DNA of 64,000 nucleotides from Macrostomum lignano (lineage: Eukaryota), in contig NIVC01000419.1 in NCBI GenBank assembly GCA_002269645.1, forward strand, positions 62,001-126,000, read 5' to 3'. How positions within the stretch are numbered: the stretch's first letter is position 1; every line of letters begins with the position of its first letter. Shown here in pieces: positions 1-10,407 of this stretch. Below the pieces are notes generated by a model, which worked only from the letters and a program-made list of their open reading frames with translations, made no database searches and was not told the origin of the DNA. A program made the translations under genes and the position numbers.

Positions 1-289
1 CTTCCGACTACAGTGACGATTAAATGCGTAATATAGTTAAAGTAGTATCAGAAATGTGAAAGCCTATAGGCTAATTAAGGTGCTTTTGTAAGATATTGAG
101 CTTAGAAGAGTTGCTGCTTAGTTTTGCATAGATACGCATAGGTCCGGGGTTTCAAGTCGGTAAAATAGGGTGGGGGACCTCACATCGTTCATTTGTTCAT
201 TTGTTCCCCTATTTGATTAAAAACTTCTGATCGTTGCACGGGCCGCTACTGTTGCTGGCTGAAGTGGAGGAAAGTTAACAACTGACTCG

Positions 290-520
290 AAGTGTCGGAT
301 CTGGAATTTCATTTCGGGGGTCCCAGTGTGGGGGCGCCAACAAGAGTATGAGGGGCGCCATTTTTAAGCCAGGGGGGGCGCAAAAAGTGTGTTAAAAGTA
401 AAAAATTAAGCTAGGCACAAAAAACTTAGGTTTTTAAACTTAGGTAAAAAAAAATATTTTTTATCAAGCTATTTTGATAGGGGGCGGCCGCCCTAATGCC
501 CCCCCCTAAATCCGCCCCTG
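290..520. mobile_element. hAT-like MITE (degenerate)
   Basis: The right end ...TAAATCCGCCCCTG is the reverse complement of CAGGGGCGGATTTA, and the left end AAGTGTCGGATCTGG is a degenerate match. Flanks ctgactcg (282-289) and ccgactcg (521-528) match 7/8, consistent with an 8-bp TSD. Terminus type is the same as the elements at 44973 and 61422. Confidence 0.55.
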
Positions 521-1515
521 CCGACTCGCTTCACTTCTGATTTTGCTAATATTCATTTGTAATTTCTTTTTAAAAGAATTATTGCGCTTATTTATAAAAT
601 GTTTTAATGCCTTAAAATACTTGCAAATAATTAAAATACACGAACTACCTATGACTTAAATATACATTACGGAGTTGCCTGCACCAGTAGGAACAAAACG
701 AAGCGAACAAGTCTTTTAATCATTCTAATAGCCTTAATTACGAAGCCAGTGATCGCTAATATCCCAAAATCGAAAAATCCAAAGAGCAGAAAAATCGTGA
801 AAAAAATGCTGAGTGAATGCAGCAAAAAAGAAATTTGTGCTAATTCTACTACTAATAGTAGGCTTATGAGCAAATTTCATCAGGCTCCGCCCGGCGGCGC
901 CGCCCCGGACGCCGGGGCGGAGGTCACGTAGCTCCATGGGGCGGCCGTCGCCCAAAAAAGGGCGGAGGCGCGGGCGGACATCGGGGCGGACGGAAAAGTC
1001 CCACTGGGATTGTCGTGCCGCTATATGTTTCGTATAAAACATGTATTCTAGAATTTTTCTTCGCTCTTCGCGTATGCCAATTATGGTAAGGATCTAGAAA
1101 CTCCTCCCCCGCGCGCACCCCGAGTCTATTATGTTCTTTTACTAAAAAAGTACAACAGTACAAAGTTCAAAGTTCAAACCATGGTTTTTGTATTAACATA
1201 AAAGTACGCTCGCATACTCATATATAAGTATTTGTATTTGTGGCAAAAGTGTAATACGGTCTTAGTATAGGAAAAATAAAGCAAAAAAGTTTGCAGAAAC
1301 GAAATCTTATTAATTAGATTTCTTCTGGACACTGAACTGGTATAGGCGTCTAAGCGATGCGCTCTTTGTAGGATTTTAAAAAGAAGTATCTGAAGTAACC
1401 ATAGCGCAAATTAGTAATAAAATTTCATTATAGAAAATAGAAAGTAACAATCTATGTACGCAAGCTCAGTTGCCTGTTCAAAACAGCTTTGCAAATTGAA
1501 TTTTATCAGCTGACA

Positions 1516-2256
1516 TCACAGGAAATAACGCCACTTGATAATATCAGTAGCTTCCAGATCGTGTTTCAATTTCTTGTTTTCGGTGTCGCGACTGAAGAAT
1601 ACGCCGCATGTGGGCTTCTGGAAGGTCCGGAACGGAGCAACGTCGTTCTTCTTGCGCTCGCTCTCCGTGAAGAAGCTGCTGCCTTCCAGGGAGGGCAGCA
1701 GAGCGCCAAGCGGCGTGGGCTCCGGCAGTCGCTGACCTACCGGTTGAAAGTCCAGCACCCGGCAGACGTTGTAACGTCTGGACAGTTTGCTGCTCAAGCC
1801 CATCTGGTGCAGCCGCATGTGCTCGAGACGTTGCCAGCTTCGGAGTCGCGGATCCGGGTTGAAGCTGAACACCATTGGTGTTCGATCTACTAAAAGTGGC
1901 TGCTTAGCCCTTTGCTGGCGTTTCTGCTGCTGCTGCGGCTTCGAAAGCGTTGTAGCCTGCGGTGCCTGCGCACCGGACACGGCAGTCTTCGGGCGAGCGG
2001 ATAACAGCCGCTGAGATGATGCCGACGCAGCTGCTGTTGCAGGACGTTGTTGCGTCTGTTGCTGAGGCGTCTTTGGAGAGCTTCTAGAGGAGATGGGACG
2101 CTGCTGCTCTTGCTGCTGTTGAGGTGTCTTCGGAGTAGTGGGCTTCGCACAGCTGCCTGACGATACGGGCCGCTGTTGTGGCGTCTTTGGCGGTTCGACC
2201 GGCTCGACACTTGCAGGAACGTCTTCCGTCTGGGTCCCAGTCTCAAGTTGTTGCAT
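1516..2256 (-). CDS. Hypothetical protein (probably a terminal exon) with a Q/P/T/S-rich low-complexity N-half
   Basis: 246-aa ORF with PKTPQQ x3 and RPVSS/RPISS/RPATA/RPKTA motifs, followed by a more ordered C-half. The 5' end is uncertain; there is a donor-like CAG|GTAAAA at 2395/2394. Confidence 0.55.
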   Translation of the reverse strand: MQQLETGTQTEDVPASVEPVEPPKTPQQRPVSSGSCAKPTTPKTPQQQQEQQRPISSRSSPKTPQQQTQQRPATAAASASSQRLLSARPKTAVSGAQAPQATTLSKPQQQQKRQQRAKQPLLVDRTPMVFSFNPDPRLRSWQRLEHMRLHQMGLSSKLSRRYNVCRVLDFQPVGQRLPEPTPLGALLPSLEGSSFFTESERKKNDVAPFRTFQKPTCGVFFSRDTENKKLKHDLEATDIIKWRYFL

Positions 2257-3365
2257 GTCAATGTGTGCTAGCGCAGCTAAGGATGCAGAAGACAGAGGGA
2301 GAAAAAGCTTGTCAACGGGTGCTTTAAACGTAGAGGTGACAGCAGATGTTTAGCAGCTGTTGTCTTCTTCAGGTGCTCAGAATTTTATTTTTTACCTGCC
2401 CTGTTGTCTGCCGCTGTGTCTCAGTTAGCGGCGGCACTGGAGTGAGTCGGAGTTTGAAGCGCAGACGAAAAGACTCAAGAGTATAGGGAGAGCTGGCCTG
2501 AGCTGCAGACAGCCTTGGGTTAGAAATAAGAGAAATACTCAGGCCGCAGAACATCTCTCTCTCCCTTTGTGCTTTCGTAACTCTGGAAACGGCGACTAGG
2601 AGCTAGCGGTGGCTTCAGGCTTAAAGCGGTCTCTCTGGCATAGTGGGGACTCCGCCATAGGCCATATAGCGGCTCTCAGTGCGTGCCTTTTAAATCTCTT
2701 TCCACACTTGTTCGTTTGTTCTTTTTTGATGCTAGATTTTTCTCTTCAGCTAGCTAGCTACCGTGTATGCCTGTCTGTCTGACTGACCAAAAACGTTAGA
2801 GGAGGTAGGATTGAATTGTAGCTCTTCTACTCTTTTATTAATAGAAATCATCTTTAAATTGAAGTAACTTGAAGTAACTAAGTAGGTTGAATCTTGCAAA
2901 GAAAAAAACAGGTAAAAGATTTCGCTGGTTGTTTGATACAGTTAATACAAGGAAATCTATGCATATCCGGCTGTCTACTATTAGTAGTGTTCATTGAATT
3001 TATCCGAAATCAAGATTGCCCGGGAGTACAAAAAGCGATTTTTATATGTATAACCATATTTCAATATGGAGATTTCCGTGAAAACGACTGCAAAATTTAA
3101 TATAGCAAAAAATCACTTTTATCATACTTTTATTTACAACCCATCGTAAGGAATTGGAAATCAAGACAAAAAGTTACAATGATTTAACTGTCTTTTTTCT
3201 CAGAACTGCCCGGTAAATAAACTGACGAGGCGCAAAGCGGGCACACCTTTCGAAATTTTGTATAAAAATAAATATTTTGAGATTAAATTCGGTTAATTCG
3301 CTGGCATAAGACTTTGAGGTTATGAACGTTAATTATTGCATGTATCAAACCCAATCTTCTCATGC

Positions 3366-6300
3366 CTACTCAGCCCGATGCTTCGCAAACAGGTCGCATT
3401 CGGAGGACGTCTCAGCTTCGCTCTCAGCCTCCACCTGATCAGTCAACCCAGCAGGTTGCATGGCTCGCCTCAGACTTCTCTGCGCCTCGTCCAGTTGCCT
3501 CTGCAGACTAGCGCAGTGGCCGCGGTCCCTGGCCTGAGCCAGTCTTAAGGTGGCATGGTCCGCCTGAAGCTCCGAGTGCTCCTGCCTGAGTTCGGTAAAC
3601 TGCCGCGACTCAGCCAGCAGTCTGTTGCGCAACTCTTCGGCCACTTCAATCACCGAATCCCGCTGACGGTTGCATTCGTGCAGCTGCTTGAGCAGTCCAT
3701 CGTTGACAGCTTCGATGTCCTCCGAGTATCGTTGCAAATCTGAATCGTAGTCTGGAGCCGGGGCATGTAGTCGGAGTCTAAATTGTTGAAAATAAAGTCC
3801 TTATCTTGTTGCCAATGCTTCTAAAACTGCTTTTCCTCCAGCTTCTTCTCGCTCTCCTCGGCATGAGACTCGTTTCTCTTATTCAGCTCATCAATGGTTT
3901 CCCTCAGCTGAGACTCCAAATCAGCCTTCTGCTCAATCAGCTTTCTGTGCTGCTCCAAAGCCTCTTGCTGTGCTTCGCAGTCCTGTCTCAGTCTCCCGAG
4001 CTCTTTCTTGCTCTCATCTGACTTGGCAAGAACTTGTCGAACAGTCTCGTCGCTATCTCTGCACTGCTTTCTGAGTTCATCCTCCAACTCCTTCATCTTG
4101 CGAAGCTCTTCAGTCAGCTTTGCAACTTCAGTCTCTGCGGCCTGAAGCATCTTGGCTTTGAAAAAGTTTTCATTACGCGCTGATTTAATTTCCATGTGCA
4201 TCTGACTGAAAATTGGAAATGAATGCACGGAGTGTGATGGAGTATGACAACTGAAAATTGATTAATCTACTTACTTTGCCATATTCTTGTCAATTTCAGC
4301 CTGGCTCTTCAATTCCCTGATCTCCTGCTGCAGTTTTTCTGTCTGCGAGTTGCCTTGAGCAGAGCTGAAAAGCCGAGAGGTCGGGAGTCATTGCTTGCGC
4401 TAACAAAAGCCGCTAATAAAAGAGTTTAAGACCCGTATGCATACCCGCTCTCCAGAGTTTTTATTTTCTCATTCAGTTAGTAAACTTTGTGTCGAGTCTC
4501 ATCAAAATCTTGGAGCACGCTGTCCAGCTCACTCTGCTTCTGCTCCAGCTGCTTTTGCAGCTTGGCCGCCTCATCAGCTTGCTGCATGCTGTTGGCTTCA
4601 GCACCACCGTTCTTGACTCCTGTCTGGCCTGGACTGGCATGCATGCCGCTATAAAATTCATTGGAAATAGTAATTAAAAACTTTTTTAAGCTTATTAGTT
4701 TGTTCAGATCTCCTGGCCAAGCTTTACAAAATCGGTAGGGAGAGATTCTGTGAGATGTCTGAAGGAAGGGAGTGGACACAGCAACCTGAAGGAGGTGTAA
4801 GGCGTAGCAAAGGATCTGGGTGATTAGAGGGTAATAGGACCACCGGAATGATCAGGGAAGGGACAGCAGAGGCCACTGGAAGGTTCAGGGAGGGGGCACT
4901 GAATGCCACCTAAAGGATCAGGGAGGGGGCACCAGATGCCACCTGAAGGATCAGGGAGGGGGCACCAGATGCCACCTGAAGGATCAGGGAGGGGGCACCA
5001 GATGCCACCTGAAGGATCAGGGAGGGGGCACCAGATGCCACCTGAAGGATCAGGGAGGGGGCACTGGATGCCACCTAAAGGATCAGGGAGGGTCACCAGA
5101 TGCCACCAGAAGGATCACGATGACTCAAAGGATTTCTATCCTAAGCTCACCGATTCTCGTAGTCCTTGACCTTCTCATTCAGCTGGTAGACTTTATGCCT
5201 GGTCTCGTCCAGATCTTCAGTCAAGCCGTCCAGCTCTTCCTGCTTTTTAGGCAGCTGAGTCTGCAGCTTGCTGACGTCTCCGTCGGCTCGAACGTTGGCG
5301 ACGTTGTCGCGACGGTCGCTTCTGGAATTTGGAAAAACAAATAAATTTGTTATAATGAAGCGACGGACCCGGATGTGAATATATGGAAAATAGCCAATGC
5401 TCTACCGTCTCTCGTAGTCCTTAATCTTCTCGTTGAGCTCGTAGACTTTGTGTCGAGTCTCGTCAAAATCTTCGAGCACGCTGTCCAGCTCCACCTGCTT
5501 CTCGGCCAGCAGCTTCTCCAGCCTGCCGGTGGCGGCGGCCCGCTGCTCCGCCCTGGAGATTGGCGGGTTTCGTCAGCTCCCGTAGAAACTCACTGACTAA
5601 TAAAGTCTAATGATTATAGTACGTTTGCACAATAAGGGAATCCACTTGTTGGAGAGCAGCAGGTTAATATCAAATGCATATGCGAAACAGGAAGTTTCCT
5701 TTTTTGCATTTTAAGACCAATGTCTCACCTTCTGGACTACCGAATTCCAAATCATGCAGGTTTTTCGTGCGTATGTGTGAACTGTGCAAGCAAAGTTCTG
5801 ACTAAATTTCAACTTTTCCTATTTCGCTCAGACGGGACGAAACCCATCTAACTTTGGAGTTTAAACTGGTTAACTGAAACGAGCTGTGTGAGTTTTTTCT
5901 GCCTTCGCAAACGCGCTGCAGCCCCTGCTACTCAATCCGCAAGAAGAGAAATTCAGCTTTGCACCAGTCAGCATAGCCGACGTTGTGACGCTCTGCAGAC
6001 AAATCACCGGGCTGGAAAACGCTGGGCGCAGACGAGGTGCCCATCGAAGCATTGCGCATCCCCTGTGTGGCTAGTAAGGTCTCCAAGTGATGAAACGCTT
6101 ACTAGCTCTTCGGTGAGGCGGCGCCTAACAAATGTACTACGGCACACATCGACGCTATTTTCTGAGAACGCGTTCCAGCCCCATTGCGGCACAGTGGTTT
6201 CAGATTTTAGTTTTTCGCCAAGACATTGAGAAGGCGGGAAATACGACAGTTGATCCTGATTGTTGTCTTCATAGATTTCAAAAGGCATTCAACTTGGTTG

Positions 6301-7074
6301 TCAGAGCCATGCTCCCAATGGTGGTACATTGCGTGCAGCGTGCACAACTTCCGCGAAGTAAAAAATCGTCTACCTCAGCAGTCTGGTTGCCTTGCCCCTC
6401 TATTCTGTGAAGGCGGTCCTGCAGTCTGACGCCCTACCTGATCGCCGGAGGACAGCGTTCCTCTGAGAGGTGGTCGAGACCGTCCTGCTTTACAGCATCG
6501 AGATCCGCTGGGGACAGACAAGTTGACGCGGCCCACAGCAGTTCGAAGATAATTTGAAAAGCTTCTAAGTACACATGAAATCCTCTTTCCCCTCTATCCC
6601 CAATTATCACCACTGGGGAAGCCCCTTGATACAAGATACATGCAGTCAAGGAAGGCTTTTGATTTTCTTTTTAGAGACTGAATTTTTAGCGTTGGTTCTG
6701 TTCTATGACTTATCGCTTCAAAATGAGCCCCAAGTTCGCACATATTTTGTGTCGTTCTACTTAAGTTGTCTAGGTCTGTCTTTCGACCTAAACTTCCAAA
6801 AATTCCAAACCATGAAAACTTTGTTCACTTACAACTTGAATGCTCAAACAGTGGTCTCGTAAATGTTTTCTCCACTCTGTAAATCAAACATCGCTTACCG
6901 ACTCTTGTACTCCTTGACCTTCTCGTTGAGCTGGTAGACCGTGTGTCGAGTCTCATCAAAGTCTTGAAGCAAACTGTCCAGGTCCATCTGCTTCTCCTCC
7001 AGCTGTTTACGCAGCTCCCGGATTGTTTTATCTTTTTGAGCATCAGAGTTCTCGCCTTGCATCGCTGGCCTCAT
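3366..7074 (-). CDS. Coiled-coil family gene C (7-exon model, one in-frame TAA; possibly a pseudogene)
   Basis: Exons 7074-6899, 5552-5406, 5321-5151, 4648-4445, 4364-4275, 4205-3828 and 3777-3366 join in frame via GT-AG phase-2 introns, giving about 525 aa. The last donor (GTTTTA, 50-nt intron) is weak. In-frame TAA at 4479-4477. The start is uncertain, and a degraded copy of gene A sequence lies at about 7160-7290. Confidence 0.6.
4878..5112. repeat. 33-bp minisatellite, about 7 copies, intronic
   Basis: Unit GAAGGATCAGGGAGGGGGCACCAGATGCCACCT in tandem without spacers. It explains the MPPEGSGRGHQ and CPLPDPSGGIW repeat ORFs. Confidence 0.95.
5880..6560 (+). mobile_element. Degenerate non-LTR retrotransposon reverse transcriptase fragment (RTE-like), in an intron of gene C
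   Basis: Pieces across frameshifts read HIDAI, NAFQPHCGTV, QILVFRQDIEKA, VVFIDFK/KAFNLV and AVLQSDAL/PYLI. These match the RT motifs QxGFR, FxDxxKAFD and QG in the expected order. Confidence 0.6.
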
Positions 7075-7756
7075 TCCTCGATTCCCATAATGCTTGAATT
7101 TCCTAGCGGGCTAAAATTATTAATGACAGTTTTTTGTTCACTACCTCGACACATACTCTTGGATGCTTTGAGCATTTTCGAATACCGCTTCATCTTTTGT
7201 AGTCATTCAGACTGGCCTGCAGCTGACTCACCTGACTACTCTGCTCCATCTTCTGCAGGTCAGACTCCGACAATGATGAGGCAATTTGAAAATCAAAAAC
7301 TGTTCAAATGAATTGCAACGATGTCTTTTTCATTTAACATGCGCTCGTAATGTTTGGGCTAACAACTCACGCTGGTTGTGCATATTCTTACGATAGTGCC
7401 ATTTAAAATTAATTAAAGTAAAATATAATACGAGCGTACCATGCACTTATCTATCTATTTTGTTGAACAAGGTACTAAAAGAGGCAGAGAACTGAAGAGA
7501 AACTATACATAGCCTACTTTGGATGTACAGCCAGGAGTGAGAGCTACGCTTGTACTCGAGTTTCTAGGCCTTTGCGCGTGTACTGATCGCCACCTTGCGA
7601 AACGTACGTTGCCTTTGCAAATTTATAAATGTACACTACAAATGTACACTTTCGATTGTACGGACGTATAAAGCGATTGTCTGCAATTTTTTTTAACTTA
7701 CGCTCATAAAAGCCAGATATAGAATCTAGCAGGCCAGAGTGCGCATGACTGCGGGC

Positions 7757-7925
7757 CAGAGAGAAGAAGAGAGAAGAAGAGAGAAGAGAGACGAAAGAGG
7801 GGAGATGAGAGAGGAGAGATTAGAAGAGGGGAGAGAGGAGAGAAAGGAGAAGAGAGAGGGGACAGAGTGGAGATGGGGGATAAGTATAAAAAAGGGGAGA
7901 GAAGAGATGAAAAAAGAGAGCTGAG
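7757..7925. repeat. Purine-rich (GA) low-complexity tract
   Basis: Almost exclusively G/A on the plus strand (gagaagaagagagaagaagag...). Confidence 0.85.
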
Positions 7926-8529
7926 AAGTGACAAAAACTTTGAGCAGGCCCGATTGCAATTGTGAAGGTCTCAAAGGACCCAAGGGCTGGATAGAGAGGC
8001 TTCGCTGGTCAGAGTCTGCCGACCCCTGGAACTTTGCACTAAATAATAAATTTGTCCTGGAGCGCTGTTGACTTCATTCTTGTTTAAGTGCGTTACAGCA
8101 CGAAAACTTCCAGAGGGCGGAAATTCGCAGTCACGTCCACTTTTCAATACAATTAAGGATTAAAAAGCCGAGAAATACAAAACTATTAGTTCTTTCTGAC
8201 AAAGTTTACGTAGTTTTGTATCTTATTGATTTTATTTTTTACAATATTTAGGGTTGCTAAAAGTCATGGCATTTATTATTCAATAAAATATTGAGTGGGA
8301 ACTTCTAGTGAGACTTTTTATTCCTTAGCAAAAGAAAATGTCTTTCTCTAAATTGGAATTATTTACGAGTAGCTCGTAATTCGCCATCTGCCAAATTATT
8401 GTTTTCAAAGCCTAGTCGACGTGCTTATTCACAATAACGTCCTTAAAGTAGAATGTTTCACAGTGACCTTCAAATGCCACTGGCCAAGTCTCATCGCCCG
8501 ACACACTAGGAATTAGAGGGCCTCCCAGT

Positions 8530-9465
8530 CTAGAGTCTAGTCTCAGCCAATTCCTTCTCTGCCTCGTCCAGTTGCTTCTGCAGACTGGCGCAGTGGCTGC
8601 AGTCTCTGGCCTGAGCCAGTCTCAGAGTGGCATTGTCGGCCTGCAGCTCCGCGTACTCCTGCCTGAGCTCGGTGAGCTGCCGCGACTCAGCCAGCAGTCT
8701 GTTGCGCAACTCTTCGGCCACTTCAATCACCGAGTCCCGCTGACGGTTGCTCTCCTGCAGTCTTCGGTGCAGCCTGTCGTTGACAGCTTCAATGCTTTCT
8801 GAGTACCGCTTTAAATCCGTGGCGTACGAGAGCTGTGAAGCCTCGACTTGTCTCGTTTGAACTTCGGGCTTCGTCTTCCTGCAAGAAGTGTCACCTGTGA
8901 AAGAGGCACTCTCGAAAAGAAAACTAGAAATTTAAATTTAAATTACTCACTGTATCGTTCTTGTACACATTGAGTATCTCATTGAGCTCTTTGACTTTGT
9001 TTCGAGATTCTTTTAAGTCCTTAAGCAGTTTGTCTAACTCAGCTTGCTTCTCGTTCAGTTTCTTTAGTAGCATGGAATACTGTTGAGTCTCAATATCAAA
9101 CGCATTGTCATCAGGATCAGTTTGAACACAACAGTCATCAGTGTCAAGCCATGTCTGAAATAGATTTGATACAATAGTTCAAGTACTCATCATACTATGC
9201 TATATCTCAGATAAAATATGATCTATCGCAGCATATTTCAAACATTGACGCCTAGTTTACTTGAGCACAATTTTCTTGACATAATGGCTCGAATTGGATC
9301 CCGGCATTACTGAGCTCGATCGGCAAATCTATTTCTTCAGTCTGAAATGGATTTGATACCCACAATAGAGTTTAAGTACTCTGTTGTGTTTCAGGTAAAA
9401 TATAAATCGATCATTTCAAACTTTTACACATAGTTTACCTGAGTAAAGGAATCACGGAAATCCAT
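8530..9465 (-). CDS. Coiled-coil family gene B (4 exons, about 226 aa)
   Basis: Exons 9465-9439 (MDFRDSFTQ), 9341-9261, 9154-8951/8947 and 8894-8530. Encodes KQAELDKLLKDLKESRNKV (paralogous to the gene C cassettes) and ESNRQRDSVIEVAEELRNRL (near-identical to the last exon of gene C). The last junction is in frame only with the weaker donor 4 nt downstream. Confidence 0.6.
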
Positions 9466-9915
9466 ACCGAACTGAGAGCCTGTGTCAGCAGTCCCTTGGG
9501 CAGCTCGCTTTTAAGAACTGGTGCTTTGAAATCCAGGCCTGCGAACTTTGTAGTTTTGAGAAGTCATAATGACTCTACGCTCGTAAAGCCTCAATTCTCG
9601 ATCTCCAACGGTTGCCACCCAGTCCACTGATCGCAAAATACATCTTTTTATGTAAGCAACGCTAAGCACACTCGTAACAAGGTACCAACTGCCGAAATAA
9701 AGAAAGTAGCGCTGAGAGCTATTTTTCCAGTTCGAGTACAGTCGAAAGCTAGCATTGTCTGCATTGAGTACTCATTTTGAGCTTATTTTCCAACTTCTAT
9801 CCTACTAGTAAATGCCAGATGTTCAAACCTTCTGCAAGTGCCGTAGCCTCTATAGTGAATTGATATAAGCTATTCCTCTAGTATCCAGGAGGACGCTGTG
9901 TTGCTTTTTACATCT

Positions 9916-9931
9916 ACTACTACTACTACTG

Positions 9932-10029
<98 letters not shown>
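9916..10029. repeat. (CTA)n microsatellite, about 38 units
   Basis: Direct reading; one CTG interruption. Confidence 0.97.
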
Positions 10030-10030
<1 letters not shown>

Positions 10031-10407
10031 TTCTTAATCTTTGGTAGTGAGTCTAAAAGGAAGCATGGATGCTAATATTAAGATAAGCTGAGTTTTTACA
10101 TTGTTTACAGCAGAATCGTAATTACGAGTATTTGGATCGATTTGAAAACAAAATATTAGACAAGCTTATTGCAAATTGAGTTGCTCTTTAAACGACGAAC
10201 TGCGTGAAAAATTGCTGTACAAAATTTATAAGCATTCTGGAATATATATAGATTCGCATATGAAAACAGAACACATCTCAACCCTTAGATCCCTGTTTAG
10301 AAGTTTTGAAGATTCACTAGCTACTCGTAATACGACAAAAAATTGAATTCGACAAATATTACGCGTTAAAGGTTATCATAAAAAACTGTTGAGTCACACA
10401 ACCATCC

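Noticed and set aside
895-935. GC hairpin CGCCCCGG-ACG-CCGGGGCG followed by GTAG as a Helitron 3' end
   Set aside because: The terminus is GTAG rather than CTRR, and no 5' TC end or A|T target was identified.
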